Below, in pieces: positions 26,521 through 40,348 of a stretch of 64,000 bases of DNA. The notes under the pieces were generated by a model. That model did not search any database. It saw only the letters and a program-made list of their open reading frames with translations, and was not told the origin of the DNA. This DNA comes from Adineta vaga (Eukaryota; Animalia; Rotifera). The stretch spans positions 18,476,001 to 18,540,000 of the forward strand of contig CP075492.1 of the NCBI GenBank assembly GCA_021613535.1, given 5' to 3'. The position numbers and the translations under genes were made by a program. Numbering within the stretch: the stretch's first letter is position 1; each line of letters begins with the position of its first letter.

Positions 26521-27754
26521 TAATGTATGCTTTGTGTTTTTCGTAAATCTATTTTGCCCTCTATATCGTTATTTGATTAATAAATTACAATATATCCGTA
26601 AATGAGGTAAATGATCTCATATTTCTTTAGAACCATTTAAATAAATCGAAGTGACGAGGTTAACAACAATATATGTTAGAGTTATAAAGCATATTCAACA
26701 TTTCGAGATATTAATTTAAAAGATTTTATGAGAAAGTGTTTCAGATTCTTAATATTTCAGAAGGGAACTAAAACCACGACTTGAATTTCACTTGTAAATC
26801 ATTGTCATATGCATCATTCTTCTTGGTTGATTGTTTATTTTGATTATAATTGAATAGCGAGCGACATCAGAGCAATTACATTCACGTTCATAACTTGTGA
26901 TTTGCTTTTTATGCAGGACATGAGTTCTTAGGGAAAAGCAAACAGAAAGAAGTTCACTTTATTACTGTTTATCAATAACAATCTCAATGAAGACAGGATT
27001 ATTTGCTTAACAAGTAATCATTTGTATCAAACTCGGAAGTTGAATTCAAGTTTCAGGTATTACATACATGGAATAGAGGTAGTCATATGAGTAAGCAAAA
27101 AGGTAAAAGATAGAGTTTGATCTAAATTTAATTAATCATTAATATATAGATAGGAATATAGTCATGTGAGTTTACCGAAAACACAAAAGATAAAGTTTCA
27201 CATACACATTATTTATAATTAGGATATCGATAGTAATGTGAGTCGACAAAAAAGTAAAAGATAAAGTTCTAAGGAGATGTAGTTTATCAGCAGTACATAT
27301 GAAACTCTGTCTTTTGTACTCTGACTAAATTTACAAGACTATTTCTTTCTAGAACTAACTCTAACTTACGCACTTATTTGTGTGTACATATATGACTTGT
27401 GCATAGGATAGATTAATACTTTTGCATACCTGAATACTGTTTGTTACTAGTGAATTTTGTATAATTTGCCTTTATATTCGATCTAGAATCAGGCAGGTAC
27501 TTATCTTTTATGAAGTTGTTCACAACTAGTAAGAACGCACTATTCAATGAATTATTCTTTAGTGAAGCGAAACATATAGTAGCAAAGAAAGCTTTTCTAT
27601 TTAGGTGATTGAAATAATCACAAGGATTCTTCAATATTTTTTCTTCGCAAATTTGTTCTGTTTCCTTCATCACTTTTACCTTCTCTTGTCGTTCTAGTGA
27701 AGCACTGTTCATTCGAATCACAGCGGTGTTGTCGTACCAACGGATACAAAGCAA

Positions 27755-29488
27755 ATGAAACATAAAAAAAGATCAGAAAATTCCACTGATCGACGTCGAA
27801 AATACGTCGCTTTGGGTCACACTCTTTTTGAATGGATCCAACTTATCGCAACACTGACCGTACCTATTACTATCGGTATATTTACTGTTGTCAACGGTTC
27901 TCAACAAATGAATCAGAGCAAAAATCAATTTGACGTTCAATTACGTATTGCCGCTGAAAACCGTCAGAAAGATCTACTTATTGCATCGGAAAACCGTCGT
28001 AAAGATTTGGATATTGCAGCGGAAAATCGTAAAAAAGATCTTAAAATAGCTGAATTGCAAATACGTATTGCGAAAGACAATCGTCAAAATGATATGCGTA
28101 TTGCAAATGAAACACGTCTGAAAGATCTTCACATTGCATCAGAAAATCGCCTCAAAGACATCGAAATTGCGGAAGAAAATCGACGTAAAGATTTAAAAAT
28201 TGCCGAACTACAGATTGCTATTGCTGAAGAAAACCGTGCTGGTGCAGTTCGACTTGCCAATGAAACACGTTCGAATGATTTGTTTATTGCTGCTGGAAAT
28301 CGTCGTAAAGACATGGAGATAGCTGAAGAGAACCGTAGAAAAGACATTGAGATAGCTGAGGAAAATCGTCGTAAAGATTTGAAAATAGCTGATTTTCAAA
28401 TAAAAATTGCCGATGAAAATCGTCAGAACGGTATTGGCATTGCTAACCAGACACGTCAGAACGATCTTCTCATTGCATCAGAAAATCGCCTCAAAGACAT
28501 CGAAATTGCGGAAGAAAATCGACGTAAAGATTTTAAGATAGCCGAAGAAAATCGTCGTAAAGATCGAGAAGTTACAGAAGACCAACAGAAACACAGTATC
28601 ATATCGGCATATTATAAATTTTTAAGTGAACTCCTTTTGAAAGAAGGTGTTCATCTCAATAATGTAAACCATGAAGCAGCACGTTTTGTTGCACGTTTCG
28701 AAACATTGATTGCATTTCGTCAATTAGATCCAAAACGTAAAACTCTCCTCTTCAAATCGTTGTATGAGGGAAAATTAGGTGGTCGTTTCGATGAAGATAT
28801 GGTAATCGATCTTTCGTCAGTTGATCTAACTAATATTGACTTTGCTTTACCACGCTATCATATTCCCGAGACACCAACGTCCTCGTACTCGTATTATTCA
28901 ATGAACTTTAGTTATACAAATTTGAACAATGCATCATTTAACTCTGTTTCATTCTTCAACGTCAGTTTCGATCAAGCAATGATGGATGATGTCATCATGT
29001 TGTCTACTCTTATAACATCAATCTCATTCACCGGCACATCTCTAGTGCGCGCCCAATTTCTCTACTCTCATCATACAAACGTCAGCTTTCTCGTAGCAAA
29101 CTTGGATAAAACACATTTCAAACAATATGAATGTGATCGATGCTCGTTCAACTCCAGTTCGTTGATCGATAGTCGTATACAGAATTCAAAGTTTAGTCGA
29201 TCAACATTCGTCAATGCAGAAATGAATAGTTCTCTGATCGATGAAAGTGAATTCAATAGTCATACCAATATGATGAATGCGTCACTGATTAAGTCAAAGA
29301 TACACAACAGTACATTTACGAATGTTGATATGCGGTGGTGTGAAATGTATGGAAGTTCATTGTTAAATTCAAAATTTATAAACGTGAACTTCTATGGATG
29401 TAAAGGACTGACCGATGAACAGTTAGGACAAGCGACCATTGTGTTTGAATCAATTTTACCAAATGGAACAATATACTCGAGCAGATAG
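27755..29488 (+). CDS. Intronless TM + hendecad coiled-coil + pentapeptide-repeat protein
   Basis: TLFEWIQLI-TM; about 18 DxxIAxENRxK 11-mers; LDPKRK..LFKSLYE motif; C-terminal pentapeptide-like (S/N)F/L repeats ending LPNGT. Confidence 0.85.
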   Translation: MKHKKRSENSTDRRRKYVALGHTLFEWIQLIATLTVPITIGIFTVVNGSQQMNQSKNQFDVQLRIAAENRQKDLLIASENRRKDLDIAAENRKKDLKIAELQIRIAKDNRQNDMRIANETRLKDLHIASENRLKDIEIAEENRRKDLKIAELQIAIAEENRAGAVRLANETRSNDLFIAAGNRRKDMEIAEENRRKDIEIAEENRRKDLKIADFQIKIADENRQNGIGIANQTRQNDLLIASENRLKDIEIAEENRRKDFKIAEENRRKDREVTEDQQKHSIISAYYKFLSELLLKEGVHLNNVNHEAARFVARFETLIAFRQLDPKRKTLLFKSLYEGKLGGRFDEDMVIDLSSVDLTNIDFALPRYHIPETPTSSYSYYSMNFSYTNLNNASFNSVSFFNVSFDQAMMDDVIMLSTLITSISFTGTSLVRAQFLYSHHTNVSFLVANLDKTHFKQYECDRCSFNSSSLIDSRIQNSKFSRSTFVNAEMNSSLIDESEFNSHTNMMNASLIKSKIHNSTFTNVDMRWCEMYGSSLLNSKFINVNFYGCKGLTDEQLGQATIVFESILPNGTIYSSR

Positions 29489-30285
29489 TTCTAAACATGG
29501 AAGAGTATGTGTGGGTGTGGGTGAGATTAAAAATAAGGCCAAAACCGTCACCTAAACCCTCAACTATAGAAAATATTTTGAGTGATAATGGGGGTCATTC
29601 TATGAACTTTTGGAGTGATTTAATGTATTTTCAGGAGAAAAGGCACTGAAAAATACATTTGGAGGTGGTATTTCCTTAAATCAAAATGTAGGTCATGAAG
29701 TTCTGTGAGTATTTGTCTGGACAAAAAATTGAGATATTGGATGTTAGTATTAAGGAAGGTGATTTTTTCGACTGTTGTCGGTTTATTTTTCTTAAAGGTT
29801 AGAAAAAGTGGGTGTTTACCGATGTTTGGATAAATTATTAATACCCAAAAATAAACGAACTACATGCAAAACATTAAGCGACCATTCTTTATGAGAGACC
29901 TGTTACAAAACGATTTGCAGCGACTAACTGACTTTTTACCGAAGGAATCCAATGCAAATCTGTAGGATTGAACATCATCAATTTTCTATCTCATTTTATT
30001 AATTAATAAGGAATTCTATACAAAAAATATAGTGTAGAAATAAAAAGAGAAAAGAAGAATGAAAATAATAGAATGTCGTCAAGATATAATTTTGAAAACT
30101 TTTATTCTCAGTTGAATTATATAACATATACTTTTTATAATGAAAAGATAGAGTGATTATCACAACATTATCTATCTTATATGACAAGGGTGTATATGTA
30201 AAAATCATTGTTGGAGCAATGCGTTGCTGTTGTTGTTGTCTTCGTAGATAGAGTCTTTTTAGTTTGTTCCGTAGTTCTAGTATAT

Positions 30286-30354
30286 TGAGGGTGTGGGTGT
30301 GGGTGGGTGTTAGATACATATAATACTAACACCCGCACCCACACACACCCTCAA
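30286..30354. repeat. Head-to-head telomere-like cassette
   Basis: TTGAGGGTGTGGGTGTGGGTGGGTGTTAG-spacer-CTAACACCCGCACCCACACACACCCTCAA. Confidence 0.75.
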
Positions 30355-31244
30355 TTGATTGCACTGCAAAACATATTTATTTCAGTGTTATCCATGCATA
30401 CAGTGTAATTCAAATGAATGCAAGTATAAACTCGGCTGGCGCCCCTAAGAGCATTATACGCATTGACGTAGCTAATGCAGAATCGAATGATCCTTTCATT
30501 CGTGCACACTTTAGCACTGGTGAAGAACTCTACATCAATGGTCAATGGAAGTATCGATCGAAGAAATTATCGAATGGTGAGAAAACATGGCTCTGGAGAT
30601 ATGAATGGACAAACATTTAATTGACAGCTACTGGTTTTAGAGACGGCTGGTTTCATAGTTTTAACTATGCGAAGTTGAAATAAACAGCAGAAGCTAAACA
30701 TATGTGCAGATTGTTTTAATGTTCGATGAGCGTATAAACTCACTTATTAACAAAATCCATACACTAGTAATGCTGCCTAGCTATCACAAACAGCTAACGA
30801 AAAGAAAAATTAATCTATGAAGATCTAGATAGCGTTAGCTTCAGATTCGTGTTTTCAGAAAACTACTCTAGATACATTGGTTCTAATGAAGAAAAAAAAC
30901 AGTAGTTATTTCGGATGTTCGTTGTGTCGGCTGCGCAATAACATTTCATCCAAAAGAACTGAATAAGATTTGGATCCATATTATGATAAATAATTGTACG
31001 AGTTGAGTCAACAAAGAAAACATTTTAGATTAGATTAAACTAAATAAAATGTATGAAATAATGCAGTCGAAATCCTTCTATGCGAGAAAAATATATCATC
31101 CACGAAACGTCTTTTTTGTACCAGTTTGTGGACCAAAAGTATGAAGATTCTTAAATGAAAATGATACTTGAATAAGGATTAAACTTTCTAACATTTGATC
31201 CCATCCAGGGCTTCACGTGTGATGGGACAAAAAAATTTCGCATA

Positions 31245-31306
31245 CCCAGTTCGATCAATCCCAGTGTCAGATCTTACAGGATCCGTCTGACGATCCGACA
31301 CCTGGG
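31245..31306. mobile_element. Mini CCCAG...CTGGG element(s) related to the MITE at 3572-3886
   Basis: Inner 31260-31306 has inverted ends CCCAG(G)TGTC.GATC and AT on both flanks. Confidence 0.5.
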
Positions 31307-32649
31307 ATTATCAGTACGCTTTCTTTCTTTATGCTACACTGTATTTTAGTGGACATCATTATATATAGATGGAAAATTTCCTTTTTAAACTCATTTAATT
31401 CAGAGAAGACAAGAGAACTAAAAGTAATGATGCGCATACCTTTTTAACAGTACCTGAGCTGAGATTTTCGTTGCTTTCCAAACACCAATAACAATTAATA
31501 TTATTCGCTCTTGTGATTACTTATTTTGAATATCTGTTGAAATTAATTAGTATGTATCATCGACATTTTTACATCTACCATTCAATTAAAAACTTTAATA
31601 ATCTGGAAAAAACTAAAAAATGATGAGATGTATCTATTAAAAACTCATTTAGTTTTCTTTCAAAATTAGAGCCACTCAAATAGTACAATTGTTTATGGTT
31701 GTGCGTCGTCCACGTGTTAGTTCCACATGAATAAAAAAGAAGGTAAAGGAAATATATTTACACCATGGGTCTATAAAGAACGAAAAAATTATGTTTGTTC
31801 GCTTTCATCTAAGTATAGTTTCGTTCGTCTTCATAAATATCGACATACCGGCCCCGTACGTTTGAAATAAATTAGAAATTGTTTGTTAAGCAAATTCAAA
31901 GATAGAGGGTCTCACCATCGTCAATCTATTTCTATCTAATATGTGAAAATATTGGCAAACTATTTATTTATTTAGGAAATACATATTGATATTCAAACTA
32001 CAATACTTGAAATGATTCAAAAAAAAAGAAGAAAATATTAAAAAATGTTGTGTATTACGATAAATAAAATAAAATCTAATTTCTCTCTTATACGCTAAAC
32101 TACTAAATACAATAAAAGAAAAGAATCTATGATAAAAAAGTGCATTTTAGACGTCTTGTTAAAGTACTTATAATAATCAGCAACACCATCTTTGAATATC
32201 TTGATATGTTTATGTATTGAACATCCAACATTTTTTATCCAATGCTGTCCATTCTAAATTAGTTGTACTGTCACGTTTTGCTCCAGTAGCGTATAAACTG
32301 ACAGCAGCTTCGTTGTTCTTATCATATGCAGAATGCCAATTACGATCAGTTGTAAGTGCGAAACCGCCACATTTTCGATCACTATTGCATAAAGTAACTG
32401 CCTGAGACCATGGAAGAATACAATAACCTCCAAGGAATGACAAATATCAAATTGGTACCACTTTTCAAAACTCGCATTTACAAATTTTCAAAATATAAAA
32501 ATTACGAAAGTTTAAAATTTTCAACATTTTGCTCAATAGAAATCGCATGAGTATTGCGTTCGTATGATCGTCCTAGTTGTCTTTTGGAAGAACATTGAAA
32601 ATGAATTTTAACTGAGTTATTGATATCTCACCAATTATATTAATACTGA

Positions 32650-32990
32650 CCAGATAAGCAGATATTTAGTGTCATTCTTTAATAAACTCACCAGATAAGC
32701 AGATATCAGATATTTAGTGTCATTCTTTAATAAACTCACCAGATAAGCAGATATCAGATATTTAGTGTCATTCTTTAATAAACTCACCAGATAAGCAGAT
32801 ATCAGATATTTAGTGTCATTCTTTAATAAACTCACCAGATAAGCAGATATCAGATATTTAGTGTCATTCTTTAATAAACTCACCAGATAAGCAGATATCA
32901 GATATTTAGTGTCATTCTTTAATAAACTCACCAGATAAGCAGATATCAGATATTTAGTGTCATTCTTTAATAAACTCACCAGGTAAGTAG
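32650..32990. repeat. 48-bp tandem array, ~7 copies (left subterminal)
   Basis: Unit CAGATAAGCAGATATCAGATATTTAGTGTCATTCTTTAATAAACTCAC. Confidence 0.95.
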
Positions 32991-33193
32991 ACATGAACTA
33001 TCTGTGATTATTTTCATGCCTTTCATTAAATTTGGATAATACGGAAAAATCGTGAAAAGAATATTCACGAGTGTTTTTTATTTAGCATTTTTAGAGCGAA
33101 ACTAAAGCTCACTAGAAATGGTATGAATCAAACGAAAGAAAAGAATCATAATGGTCAAACTTTTAAAAAAACACGTGTAAACCTATCAAGTTT

Positions 33194-35770
33194 TTATACT
33201 GATTGTTCAAACGGACTGATACCAGTTATTGTACAATTTTTAAGATGAAAAAGAATTGTAAAAAATATCGTTGACTTCGGATAATTGTATCCTCTGAACG
33301 AATTTTTGAACTTAGATAAGTAAGCAAAACCTTGTTCAGCAACTTGCGTATTAATAGCATTGTATATACCATTGTGACACTCATGATCAGGTCTCATTAT
33401 TGTTTTGCACATAGCTCTTTTATGGTTTTTCACGTGAAATCGATCGATTGCCATACTTAGCGATGGAAGAAATGCAGTAAAATTCGTCGATTTCAAATTC
33501 TCTGAGCCAAAGTGTTTTTCAACAAAGAGTTTCAGAGTACATGCACAATCATAACACATTGCTGCAGGTAATGGACCGAACCGCTTTATGGTTAATAAAT
33601 GATGAAGGACACGCCTCACTATTATTTTTAAAACACAGTGATGTTACTGTTAAACAAATCCAGATAAAGTCTTTACACTCACTTCCTTCAGAACATGGTT
33701 GTTCAGTGAATCCAACAATAACCGAACAATTCAAGAAAGTAGCTAAAAAACCATATGAACTTATCTTTGATATGTTATTAATACCAGATCTGAACACATT
33801 ACACAACTCATCGTTAAAACTGCCATCTTTGTCAATATACTGAATCAATGCTGATCTGTCAAGATCTATTTCTTTATTCCCATCAATCAATTGATAAATT
33901 GCACTTGATGATGCTCTTGGTGGTTGATGGTGTTGACAGAACCTGTGGTCAACATTAGAAGCTATACAAAGAACATGAAATTAGAAGAAGAATCATCAAT
34001 CAAGATGGAAAACCAAACAGTCTATTGTTAAATTGATAGTATATCTATATCCTCGTCCTTTCCACCATAATAGTACGAAAAAAATGACAACGTTTAGCAT
34101 GATTTATGATGATGTTCTATAGCGATATAAAAATCTCGAAAATCTGTTTCGTAAATATAAAAAATAAGGTCATAAAGGAAAAGGAAAAACAGAATAATGA
34201 TCGGTAAGTGAAATGATAAAAAACGAAAGTTATGCATAAGAGTAAGTAATACTTACGTTTTCTGTCGTTATATGATAAGAGAGTGTAAGATGTATTATAA
34301 AACAAATACTACATTCGATGTACATGAGATACAAAATGAAATGGATAAAAAAGTCATCAGCATACTTCCTTTATTACCTATTATATCCAACTGTTTACGT
34401 CTGAACTTAACCAAATCTACTAAAAATTTATTGTTTCTCTCAATTCTTTATAAAGATGATTTTTCCCGTTAACTAATTTCTAAAAGTTGCCACGAAAATG
34501 TGCATTCGTTCATAATAAAACTTTAGTAATTCGAATAAATGAAAAGCATACCTTTTCTCAGAGGAGTATATAGACATCCTACTTGCACTGACCAAGTTCA
34601 GGTATAGTATTATCAAATACGTTTTTGTGCTGACAAATAAGTCGATTAGCTTTTTGATGACCATCCACAATGAATACCCTGGAGCATGTTGCTGGATCAC
34701 ATGTCCTTGTGAACCTTTGATGTCTCGTCCAAAAGTTAACAAATTTTTCATAAAGATCGGATTTAATCATTAAAAAAAAATCATTACATTCATCAACGTC
34801 ACGTGCAGACATTGGTATAGTAATAGATTTTTCATTAGTAGTCATAAAAAAAAATTTAACGACATTAATCAATAACCAAGCCATTTGAAAATTTCTTTCA
34901 TTAAGATAGGTGCTAAGAAGTAAAAGGTAAGTAAATATTAGTCATGTTCTAAGTTAAAATTGTCTTACATGTTATAACTAGTACTTTGCATAACAGATGA
35001 TGATTGATTTTGTCTTTCAAAAATCATTTTGATTTTTAAATTATACGCATTAGTATATCCTTCAAATGATACGGTATTCTGAACTAATTGATGATCAAAA
35101 TCAATCAGTAAGTTTTGTTCGAAGATTTGATTTCCATTTAAATAAATGTATTGATCATTTTTAATCGACTCAACTGTGAAAATCTTCTTGTTGTTATGAA
35201 TGTAAAAATTAGGAAATATTTGAATATTGCAATCTTGACAAACGCAAGTGCTGATGACTATTAGAGAGAATCAAGATAAATCGATTACCAAAATATCTGG
35301 TAAAATTACATACGTGCTTTGAAGGTTCTTACAAGCGACATCACAGTCTTTGAACGATGAGAAAATGTTGGTTTCAGCTGTTTCTTACATTGAATGCACT
35401 CGATTGTATAAGGTTTTAAGTATAGTTCATTTACACCATCAGATCCAGCAACATTATTTGTTTGATATTTTTGTATCATTTCATCTAATGAATGTTGTTG
35501 AAATAATTGATTATATACCGGATGCATAGAAATGAATTCAATCAGCGTTTTTATTGTATGAATTTCATAAGACTTGTTAAAATTTAAATTAATTATATTG
35601 ACAATATGATCGAATTTGTTAGGTAACTCTTTTGGTAAAAAATTATTCAGCATCATAACACATATAATTTGATCCAAGCGCATGGTTCGCATCATTAAAA
35701 TAAAACCATGTTCTTCATCAGTAATTTCTACTGATCTCATTGAAGTTAAAAAATGGTTATTTTGACTCAT
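33194..35770 (-). CDS. KDZ transposase with CxC5/CxC6-like Cys clusters, multi-exon
   Basis: ECIQCKK...CQDC...PNF (CxC5-like); CDPATCSRVFIVDGHQKANRLIC; FCQHH; GFLATFLNCSVIVGF...SEG; CYDCACTL; IDRFHVKNH...C; NTQVAEQGF (catalytic D, D, E). Confidence 0.85.
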
Positions 35771-36018
35771 TCAATTGGCAAATAAAAATAAATAATCGAA
35801 AATAATAGGAGAGATGTACGTTTAAAATATTGATTAAACAACGTAATTATTCCTTTCTTTTATATTAGTAATCTAAAATGAGTTAAAAGTATGATTATTA
35901 AAAGAACAATCGAATGGAAAGATTTAATAACTATAAATATGTTCAAGGAGAATAAAATCAATCATTAAATTGTCGATATAATAAAATATTGTTGGTAAAA
36001 GAGATACTATCGAAGTAT

Positions 36019-39000
36019 TTAATTTTTTTTCACTCTACTTGGTTGCACGCGTCTTGGATTTTCTGGAAAATTTGTATGAGATCCAAGTTTTCTTTTGACA
36101 CTTGTTGACAATGGACAAGTAAACGTAATATCCTCTTCCTCACCACTATCATGACTCATTCGTTGTTGAGATATCTCTATTATATTTTCGTTTGTTGTTG
36201 CTTCTTGCAAATTGTTCAAATGTGATGCTGGCGCTGTTGATGTTGCTAATTGATTTGCTACATCCAACTCATTATTTATTATATCATTTGGTCCAAAACG
36301 TGCGATGTCATATCGAACGTGTTCTTTGTAAAATATATTTGATTGAAATATTTTGATTACTTCATCTGATAATCTCCAGTTATTGTGTGTAAAAACATTC
36401 TCTTTTAAATGAGGATAAAATGATTTTAAAAAATCATCATAACTAAGATTTACCTGGAAAAAAATCAAATCATTTTTTATTAGAGATACTTTAAACCAGT
36501 GAAACATGACTACTTACATGTTTTTGCAGAGTTTGTATAAAATCAAATATTGATGCATTTGAATTTGAAGATGGACACATTCTACAAACGAAAGCCAAGA
36601 ACAAATGACAACAACTATATGAAGTAATTCATACTTTAACCATCCTGGACGAAATATAGGTTTTAAATCTTTTTTAGGTTTTTTTGCACGAGTCGGTTCG
36701 ATCCATAGATTACTTTCATATTTAAGTAGCTTAGCGTCAATCAAACGATCTACTGCTGTTAGTCGGATATTCGGTTTATTACATATCATGCTCAGGTCTG
36801 TCTTAGTATAAATCACTGATTTTCCAGTCATTATGCTTTGCATGACTTTTTTGATTGCTTGTTCGCTTACGTGTTCACCTTTATTTGTAACTGTTAAGAA
36901 AAAGAAAATTCATTAAAGAATCAAAATAAACAACATACTATCTGTCATGGTTTTCTGTGTTGATATGTTTGAAGATTCATCTTTACCGTCACCTGATTTT
37001 TCAGATAATGACATTAGCGAATTATCAGGGTCATCTAATAAACCATCTGCATCAGTAGTGAAATTTTCTATTTAGAGCGATCAGTAAATGTAGAGATTTG
37101 GAAATCGAAGAAATAATTACCTATTATAATAGCATTCTGTTGATCACAAGATGTTCTTTTTGGACTATGATGCTGTGCCTGTTGACTTTTTTCAACAACA
37201 TCACGAGAAACATTGACTATGGATACTGTTGTATGTCTACATTGTGTTGTTGATTTATTTGTTTGATTTATTATATTAAAAGATTGACGTTTGCTATTTG
37301 CTTGATTTGATTGATTGCTTAAGACTAAATTCTCAATATCCTCATATTGACGAGTAAATTCATTTGCATTCTGAATAACAAAATTTCCTTCTACAACTTC
37401 ACGAATGACGCAATTTTCGATATGTTTTTGAATTACATGATTTAATTGATCACGATACTTTGAATATTCATTAACAAAACATGCACTATGTTCAAAGATT
37501 TCTAACGTTAAACTTGAAAAATTATTATATGGTGGAAGTGAAGATGTTTTATAAATGGAACAATACTCGTCAAAATCTATGCCATGTTTCAATAAGTTTG
37601 CAATAAAAACATCTCGTGTTGGATCATCCTCATATGGCACCGGTACTTTAATGTATGATTTAACATTACGCCCACGAATATCAGTTAAAAAATAATTGAA
37701 TTTGAGTAAATTATCATTCATTAATTCTTGAAGTGCTCTCTCACCTAAAGCTGGTCTATTCTTGATTATTCCTCTATACAAGAAATAAGTTATAAATTAT
37801 TCATTTGCTTCAATAAAAAATCCATTTACATACGTTTTTTCCGTGATAGGGTGTTTCACACTTATTGACGATAATGTAAAAATATTAAAATCCAAATACA
37901 TGATTAGCTGTTTTAATGTTTGTTGTTTGGGTGAAATTGATGGTGGTATATCAGTTGATTTATTTTGGAAATTATGATCAATTGTAAATAATTTTTTAAT
38001 CACATTTAGATGGTGTTCATACCAACCCCATGCAGATAATACGGTTTCTTTTTGAACAATTATCATGGGATTCATTACTTCTTGATGAATTTCGGTACGT
38101 GGTAAATATGTTTTATCGTATTTATGATAATCAGTTTTTATTATCATATCGACGTTCTTTATATAAATCTTCGCTAATGATCAAATCTTGATGATCTCCT
38201 TCAGCAAATATAACAAAATCTTTAACACGTTCAAGTATCACCATAGCATTCATGTATAGCTGCATTAAACATGCTAATCTTGGAAAAGTTGTCCTTATTT
38301 TTTCGTAAAAATCAGTAATTTGCCGTTGTTTATTTGGAATTTGATCTTGCATTTCGTTAAAATCGGCAATTAAATTCCATAATGTGAACATAGCAGAACC
38401 AGTTTGTTGTGTTTGATCATCTTCAATCTGTGCTCCTGATGATACGTCAAATGAAGCTGCAAGTAAGTAAATGGAAATTAAAAAAAATCTAAGAATCTAT
38501 CATAAAGTTTCTTAATTTAAATACCATTGCAAAATTTTCTACGTTCCGCTTGTGACATATCAAAAACAAATCGCACAGTACCAAATAGATGAGTGATCAC
38601 AGCTAGATGAGCAAAGGTTGGATTGTGTTTTGAATTCATGCGGATCTGAAAACTATAAATAACAAAGCTAAAACGATGAGTCTAAAGTCACTTAATAAGA
38701 TTTACTCTTGAGGCCTTGGATAACCTAATTTAGGAATACTCATGTACAAAAATCTGTTATGAGAACCATCAAAACCAGTAAAATTGATCCAGTTTTTCAT
38801 GTTTTTATAGAGTTTACCACCAGTAGTAGCAATTGCAATTGTCAAACGCTTGTCTTCGATTTGTATAAGTGTTGTTCCTGTAGTTCTGAATGACTTACCA
38901 AAGCTAATAACGATGATATATAATCAACATATCTCTATATTAAACATTGTTTTTTACCCGTCATATCCACAAAGTATGATATTTCGTTCGTGCTCTTTTG

Positions 39001-40348
39001 TAAAATCATTTACGTTATACAATCCATATGACTCAGCAATTACATCCGCATCATCGTTTAACAATATCTTACTATTAGAAGATAGATGTTGTCTTAAACC
39101 AATATGATTGGTATGAGTAACAATCGATGATACAGATGATTCAGTTGGACTACCATTAACCATAATCGGTTTCATATATGTTGCTGAGAACATTTTCTCA
39201 GTTTTTGAGATAGCTTTTTCAAGTTGTTTGAATGCATGTGTTTTACCACTTCCTTGAATATCACAAAAGAAATCATAATTAAAAGAAATAGGAGAAATCC
39301 AAAAACAACATTAAAAGATCTTTGTAAGATGTACTCAACTATAAAAATCAATACTCGACATATAAGAATCTTCTATTTATAAAAATGACGTGATATTACA
39401 AAGCAAAATAACTTATTTCCTTTTCGTAAACTAATGTCGATACATGAAATAAAGCAATCAATAATTAATTTCATACACCAAAGCTCTCAAGAGATTTTAC
39501 AGTAATGTATAAATTATTAATTCATTAATCTTATTCATTCTTTACTTTCCAGATTATTTTTGTTCAATATGAATTCGACTTATTGCTGCGACAGTTTAAT
39601 ATGAAAGATACATTAAATAAGTAATAACATTTGTGTGTATGTTATAGACAGATTCACATATATCTTTTTTTTCGATAGATGTCGTACAGAGAACCATAGG
39701 AGAGACATATATACTTTTTTTTCTTTCCTTTCTTTCATCTGCCTCTCTTTCTCGATTGCTTTCATTGATTTTATTGCACTATTTAATCTTTAATTATTTT
39801 TCTCTAACTAATCTATTCTATATGACACACAATATTTCTACATTCGCGATCTTTTTATTCAAATAATTCATACATATCGGGCTCTTCAATTTCATAAAAA
39901 CTGTTGTAGTATTACTACCACACAACTAATTTCGAACATTGAAATATCTAAATATTCACACCAACATATTTACAGATTTGACGCAGTCTCAAAAGAAAAA
40001 AATTCGCATGAAAGATGTCGTGACAGGAAAAACAAAATATTTAACGAATATTTTGAACATACCACTAGATCCTAGGAGCCAAAAGTATAATTGAACGATA
40101 CAATGATCGGAGCTCGAATAGTGCGTGTAATATGAGCTTTGAGCAAAATGCGACATGATTGCTAGTGATAGAAAAAAAGTTAAGGAAGGATCAAAGTTAT
40201 ACATATCCTTGTAGGTTGTTAACAATTGCATTCGCTCCGAATTTACAATTTTAGACATGTCAACATTCATTGCTGATGCTTCCGTTATCTTCTTCAACAT
40301 CATTTCGGATATGGTTTTATCATCAATAATAGCTGAACGCTTCGACAT
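36019..40348 (-). CDS. Multi-exon DUF3987/YfjI-like (MCM-related) P-loop ATPase/putative helicase with C-terminal wHTH-like segments; apparent frameshift near 38150-38170
   Basis: Walker A GSSG|SGKT assembled across intron 40062-39253; Walker B ILLNDDAD; ILCGYDG-FGKSFRTT...LTIAIATT; DGSHNRFL arginine-finger-like motif; RTTFPRLACL; ERALQELMNDNLL and TAVDRLIDAKLL. Confidence 0.7.

Noticed and set aside
32635-32994. 119-aa repetitive ORF (SAYLVSLLKNDTKYLI)n
   Set aside because: By-product of a stop-free 48-bp tandem repeat.
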